From assembly GCF_006345805.1 (NCBI RefSeq), contig NW_021836606.1, positions 1 to 23,431 of the forward strand: 23,431 nt of DNA. Direction: 5' to 3'. Below, piece after piece: positions 1 through 9,793 of the stretch; positions within the stretch are counted from its first letter, which is position 1, and every line of letters begins with the position of its first letter. The notes below the pieces were generated by a model. It worked only from the letters and a program-made list of their open reading frames with translations, had not been told where the DNA came from and made no database searches. The position numbers and the translations under genes are program-made. This DNA comes from Octopus sinensis. Its lineage: Eukaryota.

Positions 1-152
1 GTATGTATGTATGTAGTATGTATGTATGTATGTATGTTGTAATGTATGTATTTATGCATGTATGAATGTGTATGCATGTATGCATGTATGTACGTATGTA
101 TGTATGTATGTATGTACGAATGTATGTATGTATGTATGTGTATGTATGTATG

Positions 153-181
<29 letters not shown>
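1..181. repeat. (TATG)n microsatellite
   Basis: Direct tandem TATG units with occasional variants; source of the MYVC-type ORF. Confidence 0.97.
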
Positions 182-183
<2 letters not shown>

Positions 184-195
184 GCATGGATGTGT

Positions 196-486
196 GGAGG
201 CGCAATGGCCCAGTGGTTAGGGCAGCGGACTCACGGTCGTAGGATCGCGGTTTCGATTCCCAGACCAGGCGTTGTGAGCGTTTATTGAGCGAAAACACCT
301 AAAGCTCCACGAGGCTCCGGCGGGGAATGGTGGCAAACCCTGCTGTACTCTTTCACCACAACTTTCTCTCACTCTTTCTTCCTGTTTCTGTTGTACCTGT
401 ATTTTTCCAAGGGCCAGCCTTGTCACACTCTGTGTCACGCTGAACCTCTACCCGAGAACTACATTAAGGGTACACGTGTCTGTGGA
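196..486 (+). mobile_element. tRNA-derived SINE, family A, copy A1
   Basis: Pol III A-box TGGCCCAGTGG (206-216) and B-box-like GGTTTCGATTCC (249-260); the first ~190 nt are shared with the copy at 946-1131. Confidence 0.88.
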
Positions 487-500
487 ATTTCACAAAAAAA

Positions 501-661
501 TGTATGTGTGTATGTTTGTATGTATGTGTGTGTGTATGTATATACGTATGAATGTAAGCATGTAATTCGGTATGTATCCGCGCGTGTGTGTGTGTGTGTG
601 TATGTGTGTGTGTGTACGTGTGTGTGTGTGTGCGTGTGTGTGTGTGTGTGTGTTGTGTGTG
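501..661. repeat. (TATG)n/(TG)n compound microsatellite
   Basis: Direct inspection. Confidence 0.95.
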
Positions 662-1338
662 TAAATAGATCAGAGACAGAAAATGGAATTCCTGAGAGTC
701 TTCATTCCCATCCACTAAAATTGTTTCGACTCATCCCGCACCTGTACCTCACAGGTGAGATGATGCTTCACAATCAATAGTCTTGAATCACAGATGCAAA
801 TTGCGATCTATTATCTTAACAGAGCTGGATGAAATGAAGAGAAGAAAGAGCGAGGTATTTGTTTAAAAAGTCACCCGCGGAGACGCAATCTGACTTGTGA
901 TACAAAACAAATTCCTTATACAGCATCTCACATAATATCTACAGTGGAGGCACATGGCCAAGTGGTTAGAGCAGCGGACTCGCGGGCGAGGGATCGCAGG
1001 TTCGAATCTCAGACCGGGCGATGTGTGTGTTTATGAGCAAAAACACCTAAGCTCCAAGCAGCTCCGGCAGAAGGTAATGGTGAACTTCTGCTGACTATTT
1101 CGCCACAACTTTCTCTCACTCTTTCCTCCTGCATCTTGCGGCTCACCTGCGACGGACCGGCGTCTCGTCCAGGCGGGGAACCTATACTCCAAGGAAACCG
1201 GGAAACTGGCCCTTAAGAGCCAGGCATGGTTCGAGAAGGAACAAACATGAGGTACAGATGCAGGATGAGGCGAAGAAATTGGAGTGGATTTGAATAAAGA
1301 ATCACTTGAATTCCATTTTCCGTATCTCATTCCATTTA
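662..1338. repeat. ~90-bp inverted repeat pair (662-751 and 1248-1338), possible TIRs of a MITE/foldback element
   Basis: The reverse complement of 1248-1329 aligns to 673-751 (e.g. TCATCCCGCACCTGTACCTCA vs TCATCCTGCATCTGTACCTCA, plus shared GAAAATGGAATTC). Confidence 0.65.
946..1247 (+). mobile_element. tRNA-derived SINE, family A, copy A2 (alternative 3' tail)
   Basis: GGAGGCACATGGCCAAGTGGTTAGAGC head and GGTTCGAATCTC B-box; same body as A1 to 1131; tail 1170-1247 matches 3480-3557. Confidence 0.88.
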
Positions 1339-1814
1339 TATAAACTCCACGGTCTCCAAGGAATTCCTGAAGTAACTCCAGTAGCTGATGCATCACTGCT
1401 GTTGTTGACACCAGGTAGCCAGTAACTGTGGACGAGCTTAACACGTCATCCTACAAAGTATAGACTCAAATAAGATTATAATCTTAACTATGTCTCTATA
1501 AACATGTGTCTCTACGTGTGCGTGTACATCTGCGTGTACATGTGCGTGTGTTTATGTACGTGTGTGTGTTTGTGGGTGGGCGGGGGGCTGGATGTTGTGG
1601 GAAACAGTTGAAGCATTTTTGCGTTAGTAATTTAATAGTGTTAATTATTATGTTTGTTTGTAATCACCGTTAACCTAACACACTGTTAAAATACACCAGT
1701 TGGATGATAAAATAACCAACAATCGTTGGCATTTTAAATGGAAGCCGGATTTCTCGATTGTTAAGTTAGTTTCTTCCATTACTACTTTCTCCACATATAA
1801 TTACACACTTTATC

Positions 1815-1879
1815 ATATACATACATGCATACAATACACACACACGCACAATTATATTTTATATTATACATACAATATA

Positions 1880-1919
<40 letters not shown>

Positions 1920-1967
1920 AATATATATATATATATACATATATACATATATATATATATATACTTA

Positions 1968-2003
<36 letters not shown>

Positions 2004-2195
2004 CACACATATATATATATATATATATTCATGCATATATACATACATACATGCATGGTATATATATATTATATATATATATATATAATATATACAATAT
2101 ATATACATAATACATATATTCAAACATATATATATATATATATTCATACACACATATGTATACATGTATGTATGTAAGTACGTATGTATGTATGT
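1815..2195. repeat. (TA)n / (TACA)n compound microsatellite
   Basis: Direct inspection. Confidence 0.95.
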
Positions 2196-2698
2196 TGTAA
2201 GTGGCGAAACATCAAGACTGGAAATGGTGGCTGCCTTTAAGAACACTGCGATAATTACAGGAAATGAGATAAGGTTTGTCTTGATTCCAAAGATATGCTT
2301 CTCCGCTTCAACCAAAATGAATTGCAAACAAACAAACAAACAAACAAACATACGCAGAGTAAGTGATTGTGGTTTCTTGAACGATATCTCATAGATATTG
2401 AAGAGAGAGGGAGAGAGAAAGAAAGGGGGAGGTAGTGAGAAAGAGAAGGGAGAGAGAAGTGAGAGAGAGTGAATGATTCAAAATTGAACCTGGATAAAAA
2501 GTAGACTGACTCTCACGACACAGAACTAAACAGCATGTATCCGGTGGGACTGGAAATAAATCTAATTTCTATATTTATCTTTATGGATCCTTGTTCAGAA
2601 AAAAGAGACCAGTCGCTATGACCGCATCGTGGGGCCCCCCAACACAGCTAAAGGGAAATAAAGAAGAAACTACGACTCATGGATAATCCTTAAACATA

Positions 2699-2869
2699 GG
2701 CGCAGGAGTGGCTGTGTGGTGAGTAGTTTGCTTACCAGCCATATGGTTCCCGGTTCAGTCTCACTGCGTGGCACCTTGGGCAAGTGTCTTCTACTATAGC
2801 CTCGAGTCGATCAAGGCCTTGTGAGTGGATTTGGTAGACAGAAACTGAAAGAAGCTCGTCATATATATG

Positions 2870-2917
<48 letters not shown>

Positions 2918-3070
2918 GTGTGTGTGTTTGTGACTCTGTGTTTGTCCCCCTCCCCAATATTGCTTGACATCCGATGCTGCTGTGTTTACGTCCCCGTAAC
3001 TTAGCGGTTCGGCAAAAAATGAGCGATTGATTAAGTACTAGGCTTACAAACAATAAGTCCCGGGTTCGAT
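2699..3070 (+). mobile_element. tRNA-derived SINE, family C, copy C1 (3'-truncated; CORE-like CCTTGGGCAAG motif, internal (TA)n(TG)n)
   Basis: GGCGCAGGAGTGGCTGTGTGG head, GGTTCAGTC B-box-like, GGCACCTTGGGCAAGTGTCTT; homologous to 9184-9590 and 16702-17103. The CORE assignment is from recalled similarity to the MIR core. Confidence 0.88.
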
Positions 3071-3232
3071 GACATCAACCCCAGTGCTCATATGGTACTT
3101 ATTTTATCGACCCCGAATGGATGAAAGGAGAAGACGCCTTCGGCAGAATTTAAAATTCAGAACGTGAAGACGGACAAAATGCATCGTAGCATTTAGCACG
3201 GCGAGCTAACGATTTTGCCAGCTCGCTGCCTT
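3071..3232 (-). mobile_element. SINE family B, copy B1
   Basis: The reverse complement begins AAGGCAGCGAGCTGGCAAAATCGTTAG and contains the TTTCATCCATTCGGGGTCGATAAAATAAGTACC central domain; homologous to 8761-8991. Confidence 0.85.
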
Positions 3233-3235
3233 ACA

Positions 3236-3374
<139 letters not shown>

Positions 3375-3479
3375 TCTCTGATGCAATACCGGACAGTGGC
3401 TCTCATGGCTTCTGATCTTAACTGATTGGAAGTGTTATCATGTACATTGTTTTGTCTTGGTATAAAAGATGGGCTACAG

Positions 3480-3557
3480 CAGGTGGGGAACCTATACGCC
3501 AAGGAAATCGGGAAACCGGCCCTTATGAGCCAGGCATGGCTCGAGAAGGAACAAACA
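3480..3557 (+). mobile_element. Isolated 3' tail of SINE-A2 type (or its partner LINE) followed by an (AAC)n-like tail
   Basis: CAGGTGGGGAACCTATACGCCAAGGAAATCGGGAAACCGGCCCTTATGAGCCAGGCATGGCTCGAGAAGGAACAAACA is nearly identical to 1170-1247. Confidence 0.85.
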
Positions 3558-3691
3558 ACAATATCTAAACAACAACAATAACAACCGCAACAACATCAAC
3601 AAGAAGAACAACAATGACACCATCACACTAGGCTATGGTTACTCATACGATTCCGTTACTAAAATTAAACTTTGCCTTCAGGTAACAGATC

Positions 3692-3704
3692 TCTTCTTCT
3701 TCTT

Positions 3705-3734
<30 letters not shown>
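3692..3734. repeat. (TTC)n microsatellite
   Basis: Direct inspection. Confidence 0.97.
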
Positions 3735-3735
<1 letters not shown>

Positions 3736-4004
3736 ATATTCTCTTCATGCGGCATTCTTTTATATATTTATCTATTTTCATCAACCGCAAAGATTTCATC
3801 AATTGAACCGGAATTTCTCGTCTTTGCTCCAATCAGCAAAACGTTCTAAGAAACGTATTTTTAATTTCCATTCGGCTCCATAATTAATTGCACAATTTAA
3901 TTAAATTTTATATTTCTGCTGTTTATCAATCTAGATTGATCAGACCTATAATTAGAGTTGCTCCAGCTTTGACCTTTTCTTTTATTTGTCAGTCTTAGCT
4001 TCAT

Positions 4005-4184
4005 ATTTTTTTCTTTTATTTGTTTCAGCTATTAGACTGTGCCCATGCTGGGGCACCGCCTTGAAGAATGTTTAGTCGAATGAATCGTCCTCAGTAATTA
4101 TATTTTTAAAGCCTGGTACTTATTCTATCGGTCGCTTTTGCTCAGCCGCTAAGTTATGGGGACGTAAACTCACCAACACCGGTT
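4005..4184 (-). mobile_element. SINE family C, 3' half (C4)
   Basis: The reverse complement contains GTTTACGTCCCCATAACTTAGCGG...GACCGATAGAATAAGTACCAGG...AAGGCGGTGCCCCAGCATGGGCACAG...CTGAAACAAATAAAAG, matching the C tail. Confidence 0.85.
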
Positions 4185-4362
4185 CTTTCTTTTCTTTCTC
4201 CTCCTTGTTATTCCACCAAGCCGGACTACAAATCCTACCTCCTCATTCTCCACCATCGCCTAAAACACTACTTCCGCTTTCTTCCTTCCCACTGCTTTCA
4301 GCCGTCCATTAACCTCTCTTTACTCATTTTCAAGATCTCTCGTGTGTGACCCTTCTGTCTGG

Positions 4363-4550
4363 CAGTCGCCATGATAGATCGTTAGCCACTACACACATTT
4401 TTTCTCTCCTTGTTTTTTCTGTGTCCCTTTCTGTAGAAGAGCGTAGGCTCGAAACGTAAAAGACTTTTTCTATTCCTGAGCGTTATACTAATACATCTGT
4501 TTGTTTTGTAGACCACCTGTCTTCGTCTTTTGTTGTTTTCGTAAACTCTC
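4363..4550 (+). mobile_element. Penelope-like element terminal (pLTR-type) fragment, family P1, copy 1
   Basis: Homologous to 21712-21914 (minus); contains a minimal hammerhead-like motif; followed by (TA)n. The PLE assignment rests on the hammerhead motif, and no PLE ORF is seen. Confidence 0.6.
4427..4462 (+). ncRNA. Minimal type I hammerhead-like motif, core variant CUGUAGA (A6U)
   Basis: Stem I CTTT(4427-30)/AAAG(4459-62); core CTGTAGA 4431-37 plus an extra A; stem II GAGC/GCTC with loop GTAG; GAAA 4451-54; palindromic stem III ACGU; triplet GUA. Confidence 0.55.
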
Positions 4551-4555
4551 GCCCC

Positions 4556-4599
<44 letters not shown>

Positions 4600-4601
<2 letters not shown>

Positions 4602-4788
4602 GAGGGGGTGGAGTTTCTGGCTTTAAAGGTCTCGCGAAAGGTCTGGCTGGAGGCCCAATCTTACGAGTTCTTTTACACAGTACAATAAGTGCGTAAGTTT
4701 GTGAGGGGAATATATTGAATAAAATCATTATTAACTGATCTTCTTGTATTTTCTTTTACCCAAAGAGAGGAACTTCTCACCCCATCGT
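4600..4788 (+). mobile_element. Mariner-derived MITE
   Basis: Imperfect TIRs ACGAGGGGGTG-GAGTTTCTGGCTTT / reverse complement ACGATGGGGTGAGAAGTTCCTCTCTTT; the interior encodes a mariner C-terminal remnant NKCVSL*GEYIE*; inserted at the end of (TA)n. Confidence 0.75.
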
Positions 4789-4829
4789 TTGCACTGAATT
4801 AAATGAAAGTAAATGTCCTTGTCTTGTCT

Positions 4830-4932
4830 TTTTTTATTTCAAGATTTCTTGCCAATAGAGAAAGAACCGGTTTCTCATCCAGATCCAAGGCTCCTTCATT
4901 GGAATTTCAACATCAACAACAGGGTACATTTG

Positions 4933-4964
<32 letters not shown>

Positions 4965-5291
4965 CATGTGTGTATGCATGTATGTATGTATGTATGTATG
5001 TATATATGTATGTATGTATGTATGTATGTTTTATATGTGTATTCTCATGCATATAGTTGCATATCCAGACATGCTCATATATATCTAAATGAAAAACTCC
5101 TGGAAAGTTTTACAGATTTTTACAGTTCCAGTGATTGATTGGATCTGTAGTCTTCGTATTTGTTTTCTCCTTTCTGGTTTTGAGAAGCCTAATTTCTCAA
5201 GATTGATATTTAGGCAGTGTATTACATATTCCAGTGCGCCCATAATTACAGGTATAAGCCTGAACTTGTAATCTGGATAGAGTAACTGCAT
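4830..5291 (-). mobile_element. 5'-truncated REL-endonuclease LINE (R4/Dong-group-like), C-terminus plus 3' UTR; younger copy
   Basis: ORF 5085-5291 MQLLYPDYKFRLIPVIMGALEYV...LQIQSITGTVKICKTF matches the C-terminal P-x-x-x-GA-L-G...LQ...GT..I pattern of R4/Dong-type ORFs. The extent of the 3' UTR past the (TACA)n at 4934-5030 is uncertain. Confidence 0.78.
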
Positions 5292-5447
5292 GTACGAATG
5301 TATGTATGTATGTATGTATGTATGTATGTATGTATGTATGTATGTATGTATGTATGTATGTATGTATGTATGCGTGTGTGTATGTATGTATGTATGTATG
5401 TATGTATGTATGTATGTATGTATGTATGTATGTATGTATGTGTGTAT
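5292..5447. repeat. (TATG)n microsatellite
   Basis: Direct inspection. Confidence 0.97.
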
Positions 5448-5450
5448 GTC

Positions 5451-5654
5451 AAGTTAATCCAAACAAGAAAGCACAAAAAACACAGCAACGCGAGGACGTG
5501 GAACAAATATAGTATTATTGGACGCACAGGAAAGAAGGAAAGAAGGAGGGTTTAATATTTCGAGCGGAGCTCTTCGTCGGAAACATAGGAAAAGGTAAGA
5601 TCCAGAGAAGGGAAGACAGAGGAATAAAAGTCGCCAACGGTACACACGAGGTCA
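5451..5654 (-). mobile_element. Penelope-like terminal fragment, family P2, copy 1
   Basis: Homologous over ~200 nt to 17829-18028; carries a hammerhead-like motif; embedded between (TATG)n arrays. Confidence 0.6.
5550..5584 (-). ncRNA. Minimal hammerhead-like motif with U4C mutation (probably inactive)
   Basis: Sense strand: GTTT-CCGACGA-A-GAGC-TCC-GCTC-GAAA-TAT-T-AAAC; stem I GTTT/AAAC; stem III palindrome AUAU. Confidence 0.5.
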
Positions 5655-6133
5655 TGTACGAATGTATGTATGTATGTATGTATGTATGTATGTATGTATG
5701 TATGTATGTATGTATGTATGTATGTACGTACGTACGTACGTATGTATGTATGTATGTATGTATGTATGTATGTATGTATGTATGTATGTATTATGTATGT
5801 ATGTATGTATGTATGTATGTTATGTATGTATGTATGTATGTATGTATGTATGTACGAATGTATGCATGTATGTATGTATGTATGTATGTATGTATGTACA
5901 TATGTATGTATGTATGTGTGTATGTATGTATGTATGTATGTTATGTATGTATGTACGAATGTATGTATGTATGTATGTATGTATGTATGTATGTATGTTT
6001 GTATGTATGTGTGTGTGTATGTACGTACGTACGTATGTATGTGTGTGTGTATGTATGTATGTATGTATGTATGTATGTATGTATGTATGTATGTACGTAC
6101 GAATGTACGAATGTACGTATGTATCTATGTATG
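5655..6133. repeat. Long (TATG)n microsatellite with TACG/CGAA variants
   Basis: Direct inspection; source of three overlapping MYVC ORFs. Confidence 0.97.
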
Positions 6134-6370
6134 TCAATTTGAGTTCATGCAGGTGAAAGCGTTTGTATTATAATTATTTGTTAATTTTGTTGCCATCCAC
6201 AACAAATAAATAAATAAATAAATAAATATATTAAATAAACAAATAAATAAAACTCGGCTGCAATTTTCAACAAGTTTTTTTTAACTCGACTGAAAATCAA
6301 TAATTAATGAGTGTCAGCTACATTTCTTTCTTTCTTCCTTCCTTCCTCCTTCCCTTTCTTTTCTTCTTTT

Positions 6371-6540
6371 TTATTGTTGTTGTTTTGCACCCGGTCAACT
6401 TTCCCCGATCAAAGTTAGCATAAAAGGCGCTACCACCGTGACCACACTGATGTATCCTATGAATCTGTTTTTTCAAAGCAAAACACAGTGTGAAGTGTTT
6501 TGAGGGAAATTTAACTCGTTTTTTCTAGCAAGTCACAGGT
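6371..6540 (-). mobile_element. Unclassified repeat family D (old copy, (AAC)n-like tail)
   Basis: The reverse complement has TGCTAGAAA...CCCTCAAA...GGTCACGG...GATC...AAAACAACAACA, as in 22385-22550 and the reverse complement of 16545-16702. Confidence 0.55.
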
Positions 6541-7089
6541 TAGTGAACAAGAAATTAGGAATGAATGGCGTATAATCGTCACGGATGTAAGTTTTGGCTC
6601 CCAAATACAACGTGTGAGTGTGTCTGTGTATACACACGCTTGCAGACAGACACACACACACATTATATATGGTACGTATCTTGTTGCTCCAATAGTAATA
6701 AGTATAAAGTATGAAGCTGAAAGCGCATCTTAGATACTGGATTTGAAAATTCCTTATCCATGGTCCATAGAAAACTAGCCACATTGGTGTCCAGCTAATT
6801 TCTACAACAGAACATATCTTTCTTTGTGGTCTCACACGACAGTATCTAGCCGGTTGTGTGTTTGAATTTTTGGTGGCTGTTTGAATTTTTAAAGTTACAC
6901 CAATATTCTTTTGATCCTTCTGTCGCAATATCGTCAACTCCGTCTCTAGGTGTTTTGCTTTTTGTTATCCTGCTCCAGACTGGCCACCACATGTTGCCTC
7001 ATGGGAAGATAATATATGCAAGACATTCTCTCGCAGTTGTGGTTGATATCTTCAGCCTTGGTTTTACATAGCCTACATTTGTCATCTGT

Positions 7090-7140
7090 AAGGCGGCGAG
7101 TTGGCAGAAATGTTAGCCCCTTGTGGGTAGTAAAGAAATA
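7090..7140 (+). mobile_element. 51-bp head-tail mini-SINE of family B with perfect 16-bp TSD
   Basis: TACATTTGTCATCTGT at 7074-7089 and 7141-7156 flanks AAGGCGGCGAGTTGGCAGAAATGTTAG-CCCCTTGTGGGTAGTAAAGAAATA. Confidence 0.9.
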
Positions 7141-7560
7141 TACATTTGTCATCTGTCAATGTTTTCTGCCTTTTATGCTACAAGTACCTGGTGGGGATCT
7201 CTATTTGAATTGCATGGAAAGAACCTTTAAACTGGAATGTCATAGAATTGTCGGTATTCCATGCCAGGTTTTTGATATGATCAATATCCTCAATGATTTG
7301 TGTCTTTCCTGCCCTTATACCCATGCATTATCTTCTCATTGAGCTGATCCATTTTATATTTTTATTGGTAAATCTTATCAAAAGACAAATATAATTTATC
7401 AAAGCTCCATGAGGCAAGATCTGTATCCGATCTTATTTCATATCTCTCCTCATTTGCTTTCCTCTTTATGTAGTTTATTTCATGGTCGCAAGCTCGGGCA
7501 ACATAATTACTGGTCTCTCTCTGTTGCAGTTATTTCAGTGTCACAATATATACTTCATAT

Positions 7561-7710
7561 TTTACATTCTGAGTTCAAATTTCGCCGAGGTCAACTTTGC
7601 CTTTCATCCTTTCGGGGTCGATAAATTAAGTACCAGTTGCGTACTGGGGTAGATCTAATCGATTGGCCCAACCTCCTCCAAATTTTCGAGCTTTGTGCCT
7701 TGTATAGAAA
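7561..7710 (+). mobile_element. 5'-truncated SINE-B (B3) with 18-bp TSD
   Basis: GAGTTCAAATTTCGCCGAGGTCAACTTTGCCTTTCATCCTTTCGGGGTCGATAAATTAAGTACC; TSD ACAATATATACTTCATAT (7543-7560) / ACAATACGTACTTCATAT (7711-7728), 16/18 identical. Confidence 0.87.
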
Positions 7711-8039
7711 ACAATACGTACTTCATATGCCATAAATACAGATTTTAGACCATGGCCACCATCTTTGCATGGAACGTACAGCGAATCGTCACTGATGCTG
7801 AAGTTCCTATAAAACTGAGCAGCTTGCGATTTCGAACGTCTGTCTCACTGAGTTCAAGGCCAAAGAGATTAGGTGTTGTGGACAGTATGCTTGCTGTAAA
7901 CTGGGAGTTCAGATGACCAGATTATTTTCACCCTTTTGAGATATTCATTTCTCGTCCTTTCTTTATTGATGGATATTCTCATCCTGTTCGAGATATCTGT
8001 AACTTTCCGTCAGAGAGCAGAGACTGTATTTCAAGGTTG

Positions 8040-8289
8040 TATATGTATGCATGAATATACACATGTATACATATGAATATGTATGCATGTATGTATGTTT
8101 GTATCTATGTACGTTTGTATGAACGTATGTATGTATATATGTATGCATGAATGTACATATTTATATACGTGAATATGTATGTATATATGTTTGTATGTAC
8201 GTTTGTATGTATGTATGTAGTATGTATGTATGTATGTATGTATGTATGTATGTATGTATGTATGTATGCATTCATATATGTATGTATGC
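8040..8289. repeat. Degenerate (TATG)n microsatellite
   Basis: Direct inspection. Confidence 0.92.
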
Positions 8290-8760
8290 ACTACGCCTAC
8301 AGTTATGCACGTATCTTTCCAATAACATACACTAATTAATTACTATATACACAGGTGAATGTGAACCCCGCGTAGACTCTCTTTAAGATAGAGTGTTAAA
8401 TCAATTACGTTGATATAACAATGGGTCTCACAGACACGTTAGTCATACTTGAAGGTTTAGGCGGATGTAAGTTCGTGTATGAATATGTATTCTTGGGTGT
8501 GTTACTTTATGCATGTATCTGTGTCAATGCGTGCATGTGTGGATGGGTGGGCGGGCGGGAGTGTGTCTGCGTGTGAACGAAAAAACAAAGGAAGAAATGA
8601 AAATTAAGACATTGAAAGACACAACAAGATCGGGAAACTTGTGATGACACTGTTGCAGCCACGTACAGACAACAATGCACCGAACCACCGCTCCCACTTA
8701 CGTACTCTTACGTATAGGCATACGAACATATAGACACATGCATGTATATTTGTATATTTG

Positions 8761-8991
8761 AAGGCGGCGAGCTGGCAGAAACGTTAACACGCCGGGCGAA
8801 ATGCGTAGCCGTATTTCGTCTGCCGTTACGTTCTGGGTTCAAATTCCGCCGAGGTCGACTTTGCCTTTCATCCTTTCGGGGTCGATAAATTAAGTACCTG
8901 TTACGCACTGGGGTCGATGTAATCGATTTAATCCCTTTGTCTGTCCTTGTTTGTTCCCTCTGTGTTTAGCCCCTTGTGGAGTAAAGAAATA
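8761..8991 (+). mobile_element. Full-length SINE-B (B4); central domain resembles the MetaSINE conserved domain
   Basis: A-box-like TGGCAGAAACGTTA, B-box GGTTCAAATTCC, GGTCGACTTTGCCTTTCATCCTTTCGGGGTCGATAAATTAAGTACC; probable decayed TSD 8746-8760 / 8991-9005 (12/15). The MetaSINE resemblance is from memory and was not checked. Confidence 0.9.
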
Positions 8992-9183
8992 TATGTGTGT
9001 ATTTTTTCTCTCTCTCTCTTTATACATACATACGTACGTACGTACGTACGTACGTACGTGCGTACATACATGTGATCTCACATCTATGTGATATTTGGTT
9101 TCACTTGCCATACATGAAGAATTACTTTCGATGTTTATTCTACTAGTGTTTATTGGTATCTGATTGTTTGGTAAAAGTTAACA

Positions 9184-9590
9184 GGCGCAGGAGAGGCTGT
9201 GTGGTAAGTAGCTTGCTTACCAACCACATGGTTCCGGGTTCAGTCCCACTGCGTGGCATCTTGGGCAAGTGTCTTCTGCTATAGCCCCGGGCCGACCAAA
9301 GCCCTGTGAGTGGATTTGGTAGACGGAAACTGAAAGAAGCCTGTCGTATATATGTATATATATATATGTATGTGTGTGTATATGTTTGTGTGTCTGTGTT
9401 TGTCCCCCTAGCATTGCTTGACAACCGATGCTGGTGTGTTTACATCCCCATCACTTAGCGGTTCGGCAATAGCGACCGATAGAATAAGTACTAGGCTTAC
9501 AAAGAATAAGTCCTGGAGTCGATTTGCTCGATTAAAGGCGGTGCTCCAGCATGGCCACAGTCAAATGACTGAAACAAGTAAAAGAGTAAA
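9184..9590 (+). mobile_element. Full-length SINE-C (C2)
   Basis: tRNA head, CORE-like motif, internal (TA)n(TG)n, tail CAGCATGGCCACAGTCAAATGACTGAAACAAGTAAAAGAG. Confidence 0.9.
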
Positions 9591-9661
9591 TTTGTTTAAC
9601 ATTGTGTGCTTTCCAGTTATCTGTCTGGATTTATTCCTCACTTTTATTTCTTATACATCCA

Positions 9662-9783
9662 TATATACACATACATACATACATACATACATACATACAT
9701 ACATACATACATACATACATACATACAAACATACATACATACATACATACATACATACAAAAATACGTACATACATACATACC
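9662..9783. repeat. (ACAT)n microsatellite (left flank of Tc1/mariner)
   Basis: Direct inspection. Confidence 0.95.
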
Positions 9784-9793
9784 GACGTGTATA

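Larger units (their letters stand above)
6660..8035 (-). pseudogene. Decayed REL-endonuclease LINE ORF (RT C-terminal region, CCHC knuckle, PD-(D/E)xK nuclease), interrupted by two SINE-B insertions
   Basis: Manual minus-strand translation gives YRYLEQDENI, NKERTRNEYLKRVKIIWSSEL, SDDSLYVPCKDGGHGLKS, EKIMHGY, FHAIQIEIPTRYL, DDKCRLCKTKAEDINH, YYLPMR, KEYW, KICSVVEIS, YGPWIRN and IGATRYVP, in the order expected for R4/Dong-like ORFs, with stops and frameshifts. Confidence 0.85.

Noticed and set aside
196-270. SINE heads (A, B, C) as genuine tRNA genes
   Set aside because: The A/B boxes continue into repeat bodies found in multiple copies and the cloverleafs are incomplete; they are tRNA-derived SINE heads.
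2190-2330. Hydrophobic open frame ([22 protein letters not shown]) on the minus strand between microsatellites
   Set aside because: No convincing acceptor/donor pair and no recognisable family; the ORF is open mainly because of flanking repeats.
4060-4095. CTGAGGA on the minus strand; likewise CTGAAGA at 7049-7055
   Set aside because: Chance matches inside SINE-C4 and the LINE ORF, with no stem II/GAAA/stem I arrangement.
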